DNA of 64,000 nucleotides from Owenia fusiformis (taxonomy: Eukaryota), in the NCBI GenBank assembly GCA_903813345.2, contig CAIIXF020000001.1, positions 49,476,001-49,540,000 of the forward strand, read 5' to 3'. This document shows, one piece after another, positions 58,125 to 64,000 of this stretch; the stretch's first letter is position 1; every line of letters begins with the position of its first letter. A program made the translations under genes and the position numbers. Under the pieces are notes generated by a model, which had not been told where the DNA came from, made no database searches, and worked only from the letters and a program-made list of their open reading frames with translations.

Positions 58125-61100
58125 ATGTCGAATCAGTTGAATCAATCCGGGATCACTGATGAAGAAGAGGCTGCATGGATTGCTCAACAACAGGTGCATT
58201 TTTTTCTAATTGACACATAGATGTCGGCCAGATTGTAGTAGTATTAGATGCTCAATAATATTATTGTTGAGCTCATGACACTACAAAACCATCTGGGATG
58301 AATCTATGGTCCAACATACTGTAACTCCCTCCCTGGAGGTTCACTGTCAGTGACGTAGCTTGGGCATTTTGTGAGTGTACGCCACGAGTGAGCAACCTGA
58401 TTTTGAGGGGGGTTTGAAAATGAGATTGTAGTTGAAGCGTTTCATACGATACGAAATTTCGACTAAATATTGACTAATGAAATGTAATATAAAATATCAA
58501 GGCCAATTTTATCCATGTTTAAGTGTGGGGAAATTCAATCTAAAATCAACTTCTCTCTAAATTTTGAGAGTATGCCATGGCGTTTTATGCATATATGACG
58601 CTATGCCATTGACTGTATAGAAAATTCTGCAGGGGTCCTAGGCTCAGATATCAATATGTTCCCAATCCAATCTGTATTTTAATGTGTTCCCATACCAACC
58701 AAAATAACGCCCAAAAGTCATACCAAATGTCCAAATATAAGTCCCAATATCGTACCAAATGTCCAATATAGGACTAATGCCATACCAAATATCCAAATAT
58801 AAGACCAAGGGCATTCCTTCCAAATGTCTATAGCCCCAGGAAGAAGGCAGATTTTTGAGGAAAATGATCCAAAACAACCTCAAATTAAGGATATGTGTAA
58901 CAACTTGACCAATGCCATACCACAAGTGAGAGGTAACATATTTTCTATGACCATTCTCATACAAGAAAGTGGAAAAATCCGACCATTACCATACCTCACA
59001 GTCATAATTTAGGGGGCATTCTCATACCAGATCCTAAAGTTTGGTTCCATTGCCATACCAAAGGTCAAAAAAGGTACCCCATGTGTGCCAAGGATCCCTG
59101 TCAAGGTTTATATACATTGAACCCCCCACCTTCCAGGGCCCATTCCCCCGATAACAAGTCAGACTAGAAGACTCATGGAAGATGCTCCAGGACTAAAGTC
59201 TTGAGAACGTCCCTACATATTCATGTGTTTTGCATGAAACATCCCCACCTGTAAGGGTGGACACGCAGAATTGTTCAAGGGGGTGAGATTTTGACAAAGT
59301 ACTTCGTTCCAGGAGTACCCCCATAAATGTAGGGTTGATTCACCCCAACTATTTGTCTATTGAAATCTTGCAGTTTTAAAACGTTGTCAGTAGTTGACAC
59401 AAACCTGAATTTTATCGTAAGTATAGCCACAAATCCAGCTTATTTTCAACCACAAGATTTCAATACACTAGTAGTTGTGGGGGTGATTTGAAAAATCAAC
59501 CCCTTATTTATGGGGGAGTAAGGACTTTTGAAATGCATATTTCCAGTAAAGATAATTTTGATCTTATTTGACCAGCTATTATTGTGCCCACGGTAGGGAA
59601 TATGACAGCACATTTTTTATTTTCATCAAAATCACCAACCCATCCTGCAAACCTTTGAATGGTGCAAGATTTGACAAAATACTTCATGTATTTTTATTAT
59701 CACTACAAGTCCTGAGCGAAGCATACATTGCATATATTTTAATAATCTCATATTTTGTTTGTTTCAGGGGCTGCATGTAGATTTCATAGATAGCAGTTTT
59801 GAGTCCAGCATGGGTAAGTCACCTTCACTTAATATGCCTTTACTCTGTTCATATTGGTGCCAAGGATTGATTTAAGGATGCAGTACCAGGTCAGCGTAGA
59901 AAAATTTCCAGACATTAGATTTTGCTCATATTTTTTACAATGTATCACTATGATGTTATCATCATCCAAGTGCAATATGAAGAGGATTGACTGTCTGGTA
60001 ATTACAAAATAAAAAAATTATTTTACCCACCCAAAATGAGTTTGAGTTTTCAATAGAGCTGGCACCTTTTGAACCCTGGTTTTCGTATCCACTAATTGCG
60101 ACTCAAGAACAAGTTTTCCCATAAAAGTGAAAGGGATAAAATATGCTTGATAAAATGTTTGCAATTTAATTATTTTCTGGAAACACCATTAGACTATCGA
60201 AATAAACTATAATTTTTGAATAAGACTAAATGCGAAAATGACGTTCTTCGGAGCTAGCTTTCTCAAACCGGAAGTCAAACCTGCGCAAACAGACGTGAAA
60301 ACCGACCCAGTACTGCATCCTTAACGTCGCCTGAAGTTAACCAGTATTGAAAGAAATATTGATACTTGTGATATACTAGGTACATCATGTAGTTCAATAT
60401 TTTATTTTGGTTTTAATTATGAGTAGAAACATTGAATTTATTAACTTTAGTGCAAATCATTAAGTCATTTTTATGTCACCACCACAAGTGGTTCAGAGTT
60501 CAGCGTCTGTAACAAATGGCAGGTGTTGACAATTTACATGTTGATTCTTTGTTAATTTTACTTTAAGTGTACATAAATTGTTTCTCATGGGTTATTTCAA
60601 ACCCGCATATATAAAATTAATAGAATAAAATATTGAAAACAAGTTTTGAATTAATTCTGCTATTTAGATGGTAAATCTGACAGCCTCCTTATCTGATGAA
60701 AATACAGTTGATGGAAGTGGCCATATTACCAACTGATTCATGCTTGCATACAATATGGAAGGAAACATATAATACATTATTGTAGGTCTTGTAGAAGATA
60801 TCAAGGTTGAGTCGACGAGTCCAACTTCAAACAATGCCAGATTTTCTTTCTCCCGGGCAAGCAGCACTGGATCCATCCCTGCTATAAGCTCATCTGCTTC
60901 CTCCGCACAGAACACAGGTATTTCAAAAGCACACTGTACTGGTAACATCATAGGATAATGTAGCCGTGATACATGCATATTGCATATTTAAGTATTATCT
61001 GGCTATCTTATGATTTTCTAGAGGTGTGTAATTGCAAACTGTATTAAGCTGTATAAGCTAATGTTGCATTAAAAAATTTAAAATAGTTCATGCTTTATTT

Positions 61101-63489
61101 GTTTTTCAGTTTTTATTTTTGTCATGTATACTTATATTTTTGGTTTTTGCTTAAAGGGACACTATGCCCATCCATATATATTTAATCCTGGTAATTTTAG
61201 CTTATACATTCCATTTGCACATGTTTTGACTCATATTCATGCATTTTTGGGGTTTGTATTAGTTAAAGTTACTAAATTTAAAATCGTGATATTAACCTTT
61301 TTCGCTCAAAATGGCCACTCACCAGCTTATTTGAGCATTGCCCATAGTGGTAGCTTATGGTGTATGATTTCTCATATCTTTGCCCTGTGAAATGTTATTT
61401 TAAGGCTGGAATCCTGGGACCTTAAATTATAAAACTAGGCTAGGCTATAAGGTGTAGCATATAAACATTTGGATAAAGTATTCCTTTAAATGTAGATTAC
61501 TGTTGATTTTGTTCATTATAGCAAGTTGAAATCTAATGAATACTCTACCTCCTTTTATTTCCCATTCTCTTATATTGTTGACATAGCCTTGCCTTGTTTG
61601 TAAAAAGTTAATGTTAGTTTGAAATTCAGTTTAGTTTTTTAATGCAACATGGTCACAGCTTCAAAAAAACTCCTGGAGATAAGTAACATCAGATTTCAAC
61701 ATAACATACTCGGGTGTTTTAGATGACGAAGACTCGGATCAGAAGCAAACTATGACCTACAAGGACCGACGCCGCGAGGCTCACACGCATGCAGAGCAGA
61801 AGAGACGTGATGCAATCAAGAAAGGGTATGATGAACTACAACAGTTAGTCCCTACATGTCAACCGGATCAGCTGATTGGTAGCCAGAAGATGAGCAAGGC
61901 CGCAGTGCTTCAGAGATGTAAGTTCGTCTAGTCATACCAACCAACTTTCCTGCTTAAATCATAATTCGGGGATTTTGGCTCCAATGGCTTTCTCCCAATT
62001 CTCATACAAATATCTCCTTTTTAAGGCTACCAATGGTTGGCAGGTATGACATGAAGAAAAGGGCTTGGTTTCCAATAAAAAATACATGTAAATTTTATAT
62101 AGTATTACATGTATCTTCAGTACAAATACTTGATGACTGGTATTAAAACAATCATAAGGCTGACATGTTGTCATACTAACTTGGCCAGGTTAACACATTT
62201 GTGATATTGGGCACTATATGAATCCTTAAACCAGATATTAAGACCCTTAAACCAAAAGTATTGTTTCTGTTAAAATACTGTGCTAGAAATGAACCAAAAG
62301 GGTGGAACGCCATTCAATTATATTCTGGGGAGACCACAGTTAAATTTCATTTATTTGTTCTATTACAGCCATTGATTACATGCAATTCCTTGTCCAACAG
62401 AAGAAGAAACAAGAGGATGAAGTGGACTCACTCAGAAAGGAAGTTATGGCATTGAAGATTATGAAAGCGTATGTGTTTATTAGTTTATTTTGTAGTAGAC
62501 TTACATATTACACATACAATGATACTATAAATGAAATAGTCAGAACTGTTTTTTTGTTTCAACATTTTGTGATGTGTGAAAAAGATGCCTAATAGGCATT
62601 ATAAGGATTGAGAAGCTGCATGAACTGGATTCACATTATACAATAGTATTTTTCATTCTATTTTGTAACTGTCTGTAGCACCATGCCTGCTTTCGCTGTA
62701 ATAATGACTATATTGTCAATAATTCAATGGAGACAGAAACAAACAAATAATTATCAATGGTTCTATTTCACCCAAATACAAATCCTAAATTAAAAGAAGG
62801 CGCATCGACATTCCAAAATCTGATAAAAAAAGTACGTCCTCTGATCCAAGATTTGGTTCCAAGATCCAAAATAGAGTTCTGTAGTCCTGTGTTTGGAGGA
62901 TGATGTAGCATTGTCATTATGTTTCAGGAACTATGAGCACATAGTGAAGGCCCACCAGAACACACCCCAAGCAGGCCAAAATCAAGTGCCAGATGAAATC
63001 AAGTTTCAAGTGGTTTGTACAGAATTTGTGTGCCTATTTTAGCCCATTATGTAATGAATCATGCTATGAAAAAACAGATTATTGGCCAGTTAGTAGGACA
63101 TCATGATACATTATACTTTAGTAATTATAATATTGATACATACAGTATCTATTTATCCTAACAATATGCTACAAATGATACGATACGAACAAGGAAAATG
63201 TTAATTCAGAAATTTTGAAGTTTTTAAAAGCTTGATTTGAATAACACATCTTATACAAGACATATTTCAACTCAAAGCATTTTATGAATGAATCATCCCC
63301 AATGTTCAAATTTATGCAGAAAATGTTTCTGAACCCGAACTATAATTTAAAGTGAATGTTTTTGTGTTACAGTTTCAGCAGGTGATGGACACATTGTTTC
63401 AGTCATTCAATGCATCAATCTCAGTGGTTAACTTTGCTGAACTATCTGGTTGTATATTCAAGTGGTTGGAGGAACATTGCAAACCACAA
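58125..63489 (+). CDS. Mlx: Max-like protein X (bHLH-Zip); last exon lies beyond the window
   Basis: Exons 58125-58193, 59768-59813, 60786-60917 (..SRASSTGSIP..SSAQNT), 61723-61917 (DDEDSD..YKDRRREAHTHAEQKRRDAIKKGYDELQQLVPTC..KMSKAAVLQR), 62369-62468 (SIDYMQFL..LRKEVMALKIMK), 62928-63012 (NYEHIVKAHQN..KFQV), 63373-63489 (FQQVMDTLFQSFNASISV..WLEEHCKPQ). Phases are consistent. The first two exons are less certain than the bHLH-Zip exons. Confidence 0.95.
58348..58611. mobile_element. MITE in Mlx intron 1, 5-bp TSD
   Basis: ACTGT|CAGTGACGTAGC ... GCTATGCCATTG|ACTGT. Confidence 0.7.
59876..60320. mobile_element. Kolobok-like non-autonomous element in Mlx intron 2
   Basis: TTAA|GGATGCAGTACCAGGTC ... 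GACCCAGTACTGCATCC|TTAA. Confidence 0.85.
61155..61485. mobile_element. Kolobok-like non-autonomous element in Mlx intron 3
   Basis: TTAA|AGGGACACTATGCCC ... GGATAAAGTATTCCT|TTAA (imperfect TIR). Confidence 0.6.
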
Positions 63490-64000
63490 GTGAGTCATTT
63501 TGTAATACAGTACACAACAATACATTTTTAGTTGTCAGTGCCTGAAATCCTTCTAATGGGCATACACACGCCCTGTGATCGGATAGAATGAATGGAGGGG
63601 GGGTGGCGATTTCTGCAAGAAAATTCAACAAATCTCAAAGAATTATTTTTTCAAGAGAGAAATTATGATTGAATTGCTAAATGAAAAGGTGCACGGTATG
63701 GTAAAATATCTTAGGTCTTCCAATACAATAATAGCAACGTGTCATCACAATGACAAGAAAACCATTCCTTTGAAGTTTGTTTCAAAACCATCTGTTTTGT
63801 GGAGATTACATGAAGTGTGTCCCTATTGTTTTTTTGTTTTGTTTTTATTTATAAAAATAATATAAACATATTTAAATAATAGTGATAAAGACATCCCAGG
63901 TGTTCAGTGTTAGCCCAAGATAATGAAAAAACGGATATCCCTTAACTTACTAAAATTTCTTGATGGAACTCACAACCGTATGTTGTAATGGGAAAATAAG

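Noticed and set aside
60668..60785. Alternative Mlx acceptor at 60667
   Set aside because: It gives an in-frame TGA after nine codons, whereas the 60786 acceptor yields the conserved Mlx sequence.

Overview
AT-rich, intron-rich animal genomic DNA, most likely a lophotrochozoan invertebrate (inference from gene structure, protein style and repeat types). It is not prokaryotic, and most entries in the ORF track are chance ORFs. By reading GT-AG boundaries and translating by hand I reconstruct five protein-coding genes. (1) A complete C6orf62 homolog (-, 7 exons, 227 aa). (2) A PP2C-like gene of the Drosophila CG9801 type (+; four firm coding exons at 36835-40026, uncertain 5' exons as far up as ~10.2 kb). 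(3) A single-coding-exon 83-aa Cys-rich membrane microprotein (-). (4) A complete Abi/Abl-interactor (-, 8 exons, 438 aa). (5) Mlx (+, 7 exons, running off the window end). C6orf62/PP2C-like and Abi/Mlx appear to form two head-to-head pairs. Introns and intergenic DNA hold many non-autonomous DNA transposons (hAT-, Tc1/pogo-, Kolobok-, Harbinger- and Helentron-like, plus foldbacks), several of them nested, and three tandem arrays. The most notable oddities are a 12-copy array that multiplies a live 5' splice site, a duplicated decoy acceptor in Abi, a phase-compatible zinc-finger-like cryptic exon in the PP2C-like intron, a uORF-packed C6orf62 leader, and the uncharacterised microprotein. I saw no rRNA, tRNA or CRISPR.
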